From positions 30,752,001 to 30,816,000 of the forward strand of contig OZ116707.1 in NCBI GenBank assembly GCA_964199315.1: DNA of 64,000 nucleotides, written 5' to 3'. This document shows positions 13,201-25,700 of this stretch, piece after piece. The notes beneath the pieces were generated by a model. It worked only from the letters and a program-made list of their open reading frames with translations. It ran no database searches and was not told the DNA's origin. The stretch is from Orbicella franksi (lineage: Eukaryota). The translations under genes were made by a program, and so were the position numbers. Every line of letters starts with the position of its first letter. Position 1 is the stretch's first letter.

Positions 13201-13396
13201 ATATGCTCTTCCGTTTTTCACTCCTTTTGGAAGCGGAACAGTTCAAGCGAGGAATCTCAATGAGCGCGTTAAATACATGGTGACTGTGACATTCGGGAAA
13301 CTCAAACTTAAGTTATTGGCCGTCTCGAAGAGCATGTATCCAAAGAACAGAATTAGCTTGAGGCAGGGCGAGTATGTTACTTGGGAAAAGAAATGA
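1273..13396 (+). CDS. Secreted GH116 (GBA2-related) glycoside hydrolase with 2 MANEC-like domains and an internal PAN/apple domain, ~1375 aa
   Basis: 11 GT-AG exons joining in frame: 1273-1348, 1457-1759, 2923-3594, 4109-4354, 5298-5711, 6257-6430, 7934-8255, 9971-10195, 10618-10873, 11729-12124, 12353-13396 (4128 nt). Signal-like [26 protein letters not shown]; two Cys-rich modules with C..CC....C......C....C....C spacing; GH116 motifs [47 protein letters not shown]. Confidence 0.88.
2041..2483. mobile_element. MITE-like repeat with G/C-rich imperfect termini
   Basis: Starts CCCGGGGG..., ends GGGGAGTACCCCACCGGG; shares internal sequence (GCAGCAC-C-AAAGGGTATGG, GGGCCGCA-ACCCC) in opposite orientation with 6741-6896. 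Confidence 0.55.
4742..4820. repeat. (TTA)n microsatellite
   Basis: Imperfect TTA tract seen directly. Confidence 0.9.
6565..6714. mobile_element. MITE (~150 bp) with ~20-bp TIRs
   Basis: TAGCCTGCGAGCAGGCTCAC ... GTGAGCCCGCTCGCAGACTA, TA at both ends. Confidence 0.75.
6741..6896. mobile_element. MITE with GGGGTACTCCC TIRs
   Basis: GGGGTACTCCC ... GGGAGTACCCC; related to 2041-2483. Confidence 0.65.
8807..8888 (-). tRNA. trnS-GCT: tRNA-Ser (anticodon GCT), in intron 7 of the GH116 gene, antisense
   Basis: Reverse complement GACGAGGTGGCCGAGTGGTTAAGGCGTTGGACTGCTAATCCAATGTGCTCTGCACGCGTGGGTTCGAATCCCATCCTCGTCG; 82 nt, all stems pair, long variable arm, T-run terminator follows. Confidence 0.97.
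8928..9061. mobile_element. Short retroelement-type insertion with internal inversion and 12-bp flanking direct repeats
   Basis: Imperfect ~43-bp inverted arms (8928-8970 and 8991-9033); TATATAAATCTT at 8916-8927 and 9062-9073. Confidence 0.55.
10245..10338. repeat. (ACAG/AC)n-rich simple repeat
   Basis: Degenerate GACA/CACA tract in intron 8 of the GH116 gene. Confidence 0.7.
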
Positions 13397-15099
13397 TTTC
13401 GCCCTCGTGTTGTCGAGTTCCCTGAAAATCAACTGACAAGAATAGACATGACGGCGTGATCCTTCCAGAAATTTCCCTTGATCTTTCCCTCCCTCCTCCC
13501 CCATACTTTTCCACCTCTTCCCTCGCCCTCCATACGTCACGTGGCTATGACGCGTTCAGCATAACTTCATTCTCCTTGCCTGTTTTTGTTTTTGCTATGG
13601 TTTGTCTGTTTTTTGTTTTGTTTTTGTTTTTTTTACTATAAATCCCCTGAGACCCCCATGACCTAATTCGTTAAGTATGAAAAAAGAGAACTTGGGTTTT
13701 AATCTCTCAACTAGTCATCACCGTTCACCATGTTGTATGTGTGAATGGTTTAATCAAAATGACGTCTGGTGTAAAATTACTTCAACTTGAAATGATTTTG
13801 CTTATGTTGAACTTGAAAGTGAATTTGTGAGCAAAACTCACCTTTTACACCAGGCCTCAGTTTGTAACAGACACAGTACACTGTTGAAAGGGACGTCAAA
13901 CGAATCGTTCGTTGCAGCAGTTTTTTTTTTATTTAGTTTACAGAAATAGAGTTACTCAAACAAGTCTATGGCTTGGTTTTATTGTTTGTGTTCTTTTATT
14001 AATTTTGTGGACTGAAACTGAAAATTGCACTTTGAGTGTGGACTGAATAAACTAAAAGTAAAAACTGAGACATTCAAAACTCTCTTCTTCAAGATGCTAT
14101 TACAAACAGCATCAGAGTACGTAATTCATATTTACATTCGCAAAAATAGTCATTTCTTTGTCTTACAACCTTTTCAAAAATATAAAATATGTGATATCTA
14201 ACAGTTCCACAGGATGAACTAATAAAATTGTTCGAAAAGAGTAAACTCTTTCTTTAGGGGGCACCCTAATCTCAGTCTTCGAGAACCGTGAATTTGAATT
14301 AATAGACAAACTTAACTTTGACACTGTCGACGTCTGAGCAGAACAAAAAACAACAAAAATGCTTGAAAGGGCACTTCTTAGAATTCTAAGAAAAGTTTTG
14401 ACAACTTTTATACGTTCTGTTTAACAAAACTATTTGCATTATAACCTTCAAATTCAGAAGTCCATCGGCAAAGGCGATGTTTTCAAGCCAGAAGTAGTAT
14501 GGTACGATGTTAATATAAGCTTCTCGTCTGAATTGTTACGAAAGGAGATGAGAAGGACCCTTTTGAAATACTGAGTGAAACACCGTTGGCATACATCCTT
14601 ATTCAAGATGGCGGCTGACTGTGGTACATGAGATGCTCGTCAGCTGTATATTTGTTGCTAACTTTGTTAACCATCTATAAGATTACAAGTAAGATTACTG
14701 CGCTGGCGAGTTAAAATAATCAATAAAGTTAACATATTGCGTACGTTTCACTTGTGACAGTCGTACCATTGATAATAAATACCTATTTTAGAGAGTTTTT
14801 TTACTCTGCCATCAGTAACTAAGAGACTGATTGATTTCTGATTTCTGAAACATTTTGCTGCTAGTGAGTTGACTTGGTCGTTTATCTCACGGTATGAGGA
14901 CCTCCTTATGTTCTTCCGTCCGAGATTGACATAACATTAAACACTGATCTGCCAGCCCTAAACCTTACGAAGCGTCCCTATTATTGGACTTTTGTATCTG
15001 CAGTATCTGTACCGATCATATTTACTAAATAGGGAGCAGTGCCCAAGTCTATAACGGCCGTATCTAAGTGTCAGTGGATTATGTGGTTGTCGAGCTTGT

Positions 15100-16682
15100 T
15101 TAAAGCTCGGTAGTATCTTCGGTCAAAGAAAATCGCTTCAAGAACAAACCATTAGGTAATGAAACTTTTAGAGAACCTGTTACTAACTGATCTGTGCCGC
15201 CTGATGTGGACTCTGAAGGAGAGTTACTTAGTACCATGCCATCAACATCACCATCGTAATCTGCAGGCTGGAGCTCCGGACTATCTCTACCTTTTTCGTA
15301 ATCACTTCGGCGGAGGACAACAGGTGAATTATTGTCGTCCTTCTCGTCGTCCTCCTCGTCGTCCTCGTCAGAGTCCGGCGGTGGCGGAGGAGGTCCTCTG
15401 GGGGGAGGAGGAAAGAACGCCTCGTGATCCATGTCATCAAGTTCATCTGAATCTCTGTCGTTCATGGCCGCCATTCGCGCGGCAGCGTAACCAAAATTGA
15501 TGAAGCTAGAAACACCGTGAGAGATGCTGTCATTCTCTTCCAATGAACTATTGTCTTCCTCTGCTGGTATGTGAATTATAACCTCTTGAGCTTCCTGTAT
15601 CAATTGAAATATGGCAAAGTAAGTTACCCGTACCGCGTGATGTTGGATAGCCACGCAGTCTTTACTTCAAAAGCAAGGATTTCTTATAAAGTCGAAGCAA
15701 GTCGGCCTTTTTCAGCTTGACACTTAGGCTTCAGTAAATTTCTCTAATGCATGTTAATAAGTCACACTAGCAAGCAGAACGTAATTGTCACGTGACTCGC
15801 TTAGCAGCTTAAACAGGAAAGGAGTGGGCACCACTGATTTATTCACTGAAGATGTTTATACTCTAATTATTGAGATACAAATCGTTGGAAAAGGAAACTT
15901 TGATCTTTCCCATTAACAGCGAAAACTTCTCGAATCATTTAGCTCAATGATAGTGCTCAGTTATTTATAAAACAACGTTTTTATGTTTACGGAGGACCTG
16001 CCTTCCCTTTACCGGTTATTTAAAAGTTTAGCTACTACATTCTTTGGTTAATGCCGTATTTAAAATTACACATATTTATATTTATGTTTTGTCAATAGTT
16101 ACATTTTATAACTTGGTAGTGTCAAATTTAAGATCTCCCGGATCAAACATCATTTGACGACCTTCAGTGCATGTTGAACCATTCTGTTAAAATTTCAAAA
16201 AGCAAAAACCTTCATCCATCTTTATTTATTCACTTCTTAAACAGATTACTGAGATAATTGTTAAACTCTTGGCCGTTAGCTTTGAAAATCTATAAAGAGT
16301 TTTCGGCGAAGGTGTAAAATAAGGTCAGTGTCATATTATAGAAAAAACTGTAGTTTTATATCGGATCAGGTTTAACACATGGAATTTTCATAAGAATTAC
16401 AACCTTAAATGATCTAAATGGTACCTGACGCGGCGGAAATTCTAACTACGTCTCATTCAGCATTATTTACAATAATCCGCCATCATGTTCTCGGATCTAA
16501 ACAAAGTCGTAATAACACCATCTTTGCTTATCCAGCAATAAACATTTAAGCTCACTTTTTGCGATATCCTTTCTGGGAGTTACATTAGAAGTAATTTTGT
16601 TGCACAACAAGAACTGCCCTTATAAACAGGCGAGTGCCGCAATAATAATAATAATAATAATAATGATAAAAATAATGATAAA

Positions 16683-16715
<33 letters not shown>

Positions 16716-19700
16716 TTTATTACCGTGTCAGTTTTACTAGTTTTTACCAATAAAAACTAATTGGGGACACCTCTCTACATTACTCCATAAAAGGGTGAGT
16801 GCTTACCTGTGCAGAATCTACATGGTCTGACGTCACGGCACTTTGAACAGGGTCAATGCTGAGGGAATAAAAGAAGGCGTTTCTAAATTGAAATTTCTAC
16901 TGATTTATACATAAAGATTGCTAAAGAATATTTATAACTCCATGCAGCCGTCAATTTACTCTTGGGAGAGTTATTGGCATTTGTCGAGGATGAGATATGA
17001 GGTTTTTAACCCAAAGTTGTGTCTATCATACAACTGTTGTATAACCTGAATGGAGGGTAATAATAGACTTTCAGTCTTGAATTAGTTCTTATCAACTGTG
17101 GCACAGAGGACCTAAGTACAGATCAAACACAGGGAGGTCTGTACTCAAGAGCGAGGTAAAGATTCTCCCGTACGGAGTTCTTTCAATAACATTTTTATTA
17201 CATGACTAAACCAGAATTAAATTAAGTAAACGCGCAGAAAGCCGGTATCCGATTGGCTCTCGCTGTCAACATGGTTGCGAATGAAGATGAAAAATTTGGA
17301 CATAAGACGGTCAGGCCAAATGCTTTTGTATTTTTCGTTTATAACTTTCTCACGGTTACTGTAACAACTAGACCGGTCTAGAGGCTGTTTAAATCGAAAT
17401 AAAACTGGCGGCTGCCTGTTATTACTTACAAGAAGGGTTTGTCATTAAAAGTCACTTTTGGTTTTCTCTTTTTCTTGAAAGGACTTTGACCTCTCCGTTT
17501 TCTCCTGAAAGAAACGCACAAAAAAACTTTAGAGTGAATTTAGTTCTAAATCATTACTAATGTTACAAAATGCGTTTGAGGCAGTAGAGAGAATTTTCAT
17601 ACTGTTGAGAAAAATTCGTACGAGATGTAAACAATGGCGAACATTTCGATTAGGAGAAAAATACTTCAACAGCTCCTGATCTGCACCACTTTAAAACCTC
17701 GTAGAACTAGCATTGCATTTTATGTTGTTTCAATTCACGCTACAACCGGCTCCACTTAACGCTGTATTGTAATTTCAGTGCGTGGGTTAAGTGATCCTGT
17801 ACCCTTTTAAATGCCTTTATATTTTTGCGAGGGGGGAAGATAAGACTGCATGAAATGCCTGTTTTCTGTACCATTTTGGACCATTTTAGACTATTTTGGA
17901 TCAGTAACCGAATGAGCACTCTTTCACTAAAAAATTTACGGGGATTTTCAACTTAGAAGGGACTGCATGGTTTTGGAAGTTGGTAAACCCGGGCCGTAGA
18001 ACAAGTACAAATATTCTGTGTTACGCTCGTTTTTCATGTTTGTTATTAACACTGGGCAACAGGAAGATATAATTTTTCATCACGTTATGCATGGTTAATA
18101 ATTGAAAAACACTCACATGATCAATATAATTATCATAATTATTGCTCCAACCCCGATAATTACACCAAGACAAATCATTGCTCCAACCACAGCGGATAAC
18201 TCGTTCTCAGTCCCCTTTCGAGCCTCAGGAGATGACGGTCCGTCGGGGAGCTGGTACCATTGGATATTAAACTGTTTGTAAGTACTATCCAATAGTTCCT
18301 TATTGTCTGACAAAGAACTAAAAATAACAAAGATGTTATGATTTTAAATCTGCAAATGTAACAATCGTTATTGCAATTGCTGCAGGAGTGGTGCGATTCA
18401 GTTTAATGTCATCGGAACCATAGTTGACGTGGCTTCGGTTTTGATTCAGTTATTGATTTCAACAAGATTTATTTCTGGGCGCCAGTTTCAAGAAATTTCT
18501 CTTCAACGGGGTTTCTTTGGTCTCATGGCCGAACATTTTTTTTCATCGTATGATGTCATGTAAGGATGCACTTTATCTACGACACCGATAACTAAAAACA
18601 TCATGAGCAAGCACTTCTGTTGTTTTTAACAACAGGTCTTACTATAAAACGTTTGTTACTTTGTACCTTATAACTTCAGTGGCTGGCATCACTTGCTTAT
18701 CTTTCACCACGTGAAAAGTCACCACAGTCCTGCAACACAACAAGGCACTAGGATCAGGTTCCCTCGTTCATTTTATGAGCAGCTTTCGTAGAATGAAGGT
18801 TTAAAAGCACATTACTTTTGAAGTTGGAACAAGATAAACAACACCAACAAATTGATCGGTCTCCTAATCTTTACACTTATATATCATCAAGTGTCGAGTG
18901 TTGTCCGATACATACATATTTTGTTTTTGCTCTCTTCTATTTCTTTGGTTAATAACTTAAATACATTCCATACACACTTACATACTTACTTTACAAAATT
19001 AAATTATTTACACCACTCACATTGCAATACTCGATTTACAGTACACTATTTACAGTGTTGTCCAATATAATTTGGTAGTACTTACGCGTTTTCGCCATTT
19101 TCTTGCTGTAGATATTTGATAAACGCTTTTCCTCCAGATATGGTTTCAAGCATCCTACCAATAAATTAAAATGTAATAAAATGCATACATTTTAAAAGCA
19201 TTTGAAAACATATAATGATAATAATTTGCATGGTGAGGTAATAATAAATAGGTGAATACTTCAGGATATAAGTACGCGATATGGGTTTCAAAGTGTTCTC
19301 GACTCAAAACAATGTTCAGAATTTCCGTTTTCTTAAATCGAGAGAATTCTATTAAAACTGCGCCTCATTTCACACCTAAGAAACTGCTGTCGGTGTTTTG
19401 TTATCTCTTCTGGTATCACTCCTGCCTTTATGAGAATAGAATCTTTATCGCGCAGGACGAAGACCTGAGGAAACAAAACAAACAAGTCTTCAAGCCAACC
19501 GCCAAAGTTATTACAAAAAAACAAAATATCTTAATTGACCACTCCCCCAATGGAGCTTTTCAGGCAAATGAATCTAGACTACGAGTAGTCCCTCTTTCGC
19601 TTAGTCCGTCGCGCGTGACGCGAAAGAAAACCGCGGGAAAAAAATGGCCGCGTCACAGGCGCGCACTTCTCGCCCGTAAAATCGCTTACAATACGATTAC

Positions 19701-22700
19701 TTACAAAATGCAGTCCACGGTATCTAAGGGTCTGTTTGCTGGAGGGCAAAAGATAGCCCGGGTTTACAAGCAAAATTTCACAAGCAGAGTAACCTTACAA
19801 ACCGGGACAACTTGATGCACGGTTACACTCAAAGAGAGTGAAAACAATCAGAAAGTTAACCCGGGTAGGCGGGTTAACTCTACCTGGAGTGTTTGCAAGG
19901 GAAAAAGTTAACCCCCCCTGCCAGGGTAACCCGCTTACCCGGGTAACCCTAGCTGCCTTGTAAACACGACGAAGAAGAAAACAGGAAATGTGTGAGTGCT
20001 AGGGTAACCCTCTCTCCTTGAATACAGGCCCTAACAAGCCGTGTACTATGTTTACAGAAGACACTTACATCCACAGTAGCGTTGGTACTTGGTTCTTGCC
20101 CGCCCTCTGAAGCACTGACCTCCAAAGTGAACTTTGACCCATCCTTATCAGCCAACGAGGCTGCTACTCTCACGTGACCCGTATATGGCTCGACATGAAA
20201 CAGTCCCGCTCCATTACCACTGACGAGTTTATAGAATATGACTGAGTCAGAGCCATCATGACTGGCCTGGAAAAATGATGTTCACAATTTACATTCATGT
20301 TTCTCTAATGACATATGTAATAGCACATAAGGACCTAGACTTGCATATACAACTCCCCCAGATAATTTTTTAACCCAGTATCTCCCAGTATACGCGCAAA
20401 AAAAAAACAGAATGGTGGTAAGTACGTCGTCGAGTTGTAATGGCTATGTTATGTTGTCATAAAGTTTTGATTTGATTTGATTTGATAACCTGAGACAATA
20501 ACAACAAAACTAACCTTTACAGTTGTCACCAACGAATAATAAGTCGTTTCTTTGTACACTCCTGGTAAATAATAACACAAAATTGTGCAAGGTAAGAGTC
20601 TGTATCAACGGGAAGTTGCAAGGTATTTTTTACTTGTTTATTCATTTATTTACATATCTGATTAAACTTCGTTCTATCTTCACCGCCCTATGGTTTCCAG
20701 TCCTCTCGCGTGGCTGGTAATTGAGCTTAGCCTCAATGGTTTCCGGTTTTGTGGAAACAATGCTGTTAAATCATTTGTGACACAACGCCTTTCAATTCCA
20801 AAGAGCTTCATCCTCATAGCCGCTATGTACTGATCATCTTTTTGAACTTTTTCACTCAACTAGTTGAAAGAATGTGATAATCATATGTACAGGAAAACGT
20901 TTTCTGCGAGAGCAGCTGCTGTTTGCTTAGTTTTGATATCGATCAAATTAATCTTACCTGCTATGTACGATCGTGGCGAGAAAACATTGACAACAACGAA
21001 ACCAACATCATAGCGAGGATGAAGTCCATCGTCTTGTGCTTTTACTACAAGCTAAACAACAGATACTGATGAGTAAATATCACAGTAATGAAATAAGAAA
21101 ATCGTTATTTACCCACGGTGTCCATTTCACATTTCATATTGTACTCTTCTACAAATTTAAAGCCTGCAAATTACCAAGTAAATTATGATAGAAACTTATT
21201 CAACTGACAGGGTTATCTACAGCCACAGTGATAGCTGCCATGGGTAATATTTTAGCACAAAAAAATACTGTATTGCCAGAAGGGACCTCTCGAGAGAATT
21301 ACATGATTTTTGAAATACTGAGCTGTTCTACTGCCTCACGGCGATAACGAGTTTGAATAGAATAGTTTGCCAGTCTGCACAACATGAGCTATCCAAACTC
21401 GAGAACCATAATAAGGGAAAAGAAGAAGGATTCGAAGTCACCATGGCGAAATGAGAGATATTGAAGTCAACAATATGAAACAGTCTAGTTAAACATAATT
21501 TGGTTTAACAAGTAAAAAAAAAAAACATTCCTTCTGGTAGAATGATACAAGACTAATAGATCCCAAATGAGTCTAACGAATAATAAAAACACTCTGTCCC
21601 AATACCATGTATTCTTCAGGGTCAGCGTCATTGTCAAATGTCCCGGATGTGGTAATGACGCCTGTGACACTATCAATAGAGAACTTGTTGTCGGCGCCTT
21701 GAACAAGGTGATAAGTAACTTGCGCATTTCTGGCTGCATCGGCATCTGAGGCTTGACACCGAGCAACAAACGAACCAGAACCGGCACCCTGAAATAGAAC
21801 GTACGAAGATCTGATACGTTAAACCATTTATAGCGAATTAGTCATCTTTTAGGCTGTACTTCCTGTGACATTCTACCAAATAATACCAATAACACTAGAT
21901 TAATCCTTTCAACCTCGATGTAAAGTGTAAATTCTCCTTACTGTTGTAAGAGATTTCTTTGAAAGTCAGTTCTGAGAATTGAATGCTTTAAATTAAAACA
22001 ATTGTCCATGTTCTCCTCGCCCGTGTGCCTTGTAATATATTAATATTTTAAGCCGAACTAAACTATGATCAAAACAACTTGTTACCTCAAAAACAGAAGC
22101 TCGAATGATCCTCGCTTGAAGAGCTGGAGAGTTATCGTTAGCATCTATCACGTGAATCGTGACGTTACTAAATGCTTTGCGTGGAGGCTGTCCCATATCA
22201 GAAGCTGATATGTTGAGTGTATGCTGAACTGCAGACTCGTAATCAAGTGGTTTCACCAAAGATAACGCTCCGGTTTGGTTATTCAAAGCAAAGATTCCTG
22301 ATAAAGAACACAAATAAACAGACACGCTCGAGTTGCGTCCTTCTAAAACTGGTGCATTATGCATTTGACAGCAAAATGTATGCAGTAAGACCTATGATAA
22401 TTCAGCAGTTAATTAGAAAGATGATTTTAAAATATTGATCCGCGTAAAGTGGCTTCCTGACCAAAGCGCACTTTATAGCAGCAACAGCTTTTTTTTTTTC
22501 AATTCCTTTTTACTTTTTTTGGTGCTATGTCTTTCGACCGTGTGGGGGCAACCTAATCATAAGTGGTTGATATGTCCAATGGTCGATATGTTTACAAACA
22601 CACACACACAGACAAGGATGCACAGAAAAAAACAATTTTCATTTAAAGCAGTTTGAGAACTGCAAAGTATAACTGGTCAACGCGACTCTCAATAAGTGTG

Positions 22701-25700
22701 TCTATTGATAAGGAATAGGAAAAAAACAGCTGCTAGTCGCTGTTAAAAACAGCATCTGAAAGTCACACATACCTTGTTCATTGCCTGCTATAATCTCGTA
22801 CATCACTAAACCGTTCTGACCAGCATCTGGGTCACGTGCCGCTACTGTGAAAACAACAGTCCCTGGTGATGTGTCTTCTCCTACACTTACCGACACCTCG
22901 TTCTCGAATTTTGGAGTGTTATCGTTTGCGTCCAAAACTTTGATAATTATCTGAAGAATTAGAAAAAAGAGAAAAAGGATTCTCATCTTTTTACATTCAC
23001 ATGATACTAAGATGGAAGCTTTTCTTACATTCCGCATAAATATACCCTCCAACAACAAAGGCAACATCCAATTTTCGCCATCAAAAGCACACGGCAATAT
23101 CATGTCCAGAAATGCACGAAATTGACAGATTTGAGGAAATTTCGTCAAACTGAGTGAATGGAGTTCATGGATTTGACGATTTTGCCGAACTTTAGTCAAA
23201 TTTGTCAAAGCCAAATCAACTTGGCGTATTTGACGGTTTTGACGATTTTGTCACTTGGCTGTGGCCAGGAGCCCGTTTCTCGAAAGCCCCGGTTTCGGGC
23301 CCTAAAAGCCATTTTTAGTCAATCAGCATTTAAAGACATAGAGGTGTATACGCCTGAAACTTATTGTATGAGGGGAGCTCTGTTCGTAGTAAGAATACGT
23401 GGAAAAAACAGCTCTGTAGTCACAAGGTTTGAGATTTTGCTACGGCTTTTCGGGTGCGAAAACTTTTCGGGGCCTTCGAGAAACGGGCTGTGGCCAAAAA
23501 GGACTTAAAAAGGCATACTAGGGCAATGATTCGATTCTGTTTTTTTTTTTTGTTTGTTTGTTTTTTAATGTCACGCCAAGCTAGCAGACGGTAAAAAAAA
23601 GTCCCTCACCATTGCAAATCCTTTGTTTTTTCCATTGCTCAGTAACTCTACAACCAAGGTATACTGATACTGTTCTTCTCTGTCCAAAGCTTGAGGGCCG
23701 ACTTTGAGCTCTTTTGACGTTCCATTGATGAAAAACTTGTCACCCTCACCGCCTTGATGAATTTGGAATACAGGGTTTGATACATTGAAATATTGTTCCA
23801 GAGGCTACAAATAAAAAACACAAACAATGATGTTAAAGACATTTTACTTTACACGCGAAGCTGGTTTTTAATTCTTGAATAAAAGAGGAACTGACGTACC
23901 TTTAAGTCAAACACTGTTGTGTTAGCTTCGTTTTCCAGCACCACAGTCTCAAATGTTCGATTTGGCATTGCACCCACATTTATCATGACCAGAGCAAATG
24001 CAACAGGATGATTGGTTGATTTTGCCTGGGAGAAGAAATCAAATTACAATTTTAATTAAGAGGTAAGCACTCTGAGACTTATTCATTTCTTTAGAGACGT
24101 TTATACAAAACGGAATTTATTTGTCGGTAATGATTGTTCGTGCCAAACATGCATGTCTTTCTATGGTTTATTCCTGCACGAAAGGGAGAACACATGATGC
24201 ACTTTTCTAAAAGAGGGATCTATACTTGTCTCATTCCAACAAAACCAACTTTAAGCTATTTTCTTGACTAAGAATGGTAAGTAACGCAAGCACTCCATGC
24301 GTCCTGTCGCTATAGCTGATTCATCATATTGCTTGGACTACTTACCGTTACTATGATGGGATAGGAGTCTCGAGTAAGATTACTGTTTACTGTTATTGAG
24401 CCTGTTATGTTGTTGATCGTGAATAACTTGTCAGGATCACTCTCTGCAATATAACAAAGCAAACTCTGGTCTTCAAACATTCTGACCTAAAATGCTAGTC
24501 TTGCCAGGGGTCCTGTGGTTCTCCCTAGTAGAGGGTCTGGTTTGGGTAATCGGCTGTAATCACAGCTATATATCAGTCAAGTTTCAGCCATTTCCCAGAT
24601 TTAGAGAGTTTAAGCATGACGTTTACAGCAGACGGCAAACGGCAAAGATTACCTCTGAATTTGTGTTCTTTTCTTCTAGTCCTTTACTAAATCACACAAA
24701 AATAGAAAAATCGCCCCTACTATTCACCTCAAATACAAATATTTTCACGCTAACTGTATAGACAGCTGAAGACAGACGGCAAAAACTTCATTTTTGCCAT
24801 TTGACGTAACGTCATGCTTAATCTCTCTATTAGTAAATTCTTCAAACCTCTGATCTCAGTTGCCATTGGATAATGTTGCTAACACTTAAAACGGTTGACA
24901 AATTTTCAGTTAACAGTTACATTCAGCTCCCGTGCTGCTCCCGTGCAGTTCGGGACATGATGGTATCTCCTGCTAGCTTGGGATGTGAAAATCTGACATA
25001 TGGAGGATATTTTAAGCTCGGTAATGAAATGTGAAGGTGAATTAATCAACATGACACGAGCGTGGGACAAAGAAAAATTCTGAGTCCCCGACAGGAATCA
25101 AACCCATGACCTCCCGAACACTGGGCGGGCGCTCTATCCACTGAGCTACGAGAACTCATGGAGAGTAAGGTCATTTAGCTGAGTTCATATATGACAGGTG
25201 TCCTGCATACTGCTAGGATCAACGCTATCGAATTCATCGTGAGCAGTGATAAGTTAATAAAGATGGTGAATTTTAAGCTCGGTAATGAAATGTGAAGGTG
25301 AATTAATCAACATGACGCGAGCGTCATGGGAGGTCATGGGTTCGATTCCTGTCGGGGACTCAGAATTTTTTTTGTCCCACGCTCGTGTCATGTTGATTAA
25401 TTCACGTTCACATATGGAGGGCAGGTTTTAAGATGAATCCCTCTCCTTCCTCGCTATACTCATGTTACGCGGAGGTGTTTGTTTTTCTACGATATTGAAT
25501 TTCCTGAGCTGCTAGTCCAGGATTCCTTTCTCCTCATGCAGAATGCCAGTCAAAATACAGACCAATAAATACAAATTTCCCTTTTTGCCATGGTGACGCT
25601 TGCTAATTATGAGTGCATTTCGTAAACAAGAGGAAAAGTCATGTGATATAGTTGTGCATTATGATGTTGTCTACCNNNNNNNNNNNNNNNNNNNNNNNNN

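Noticed and set aside
15159-15500. 113-aa plus-strand ORF
   Set aside because: Antisense shadow of the GC-rich last cadherin exon.
19252-19815. 187-aa plus-strand ORF
   Set aside because: Spans the antisense of a cadherin exon and two repeat fragments; no coherent domain.
21110-21164. Exon-like stretch (FKFVEEYNMKCEMDT) on the minus strand
   Set aside because: Phase does not fit; flanking exons 21788-21606 and 21051-20958 already join into a proper EC repeat.
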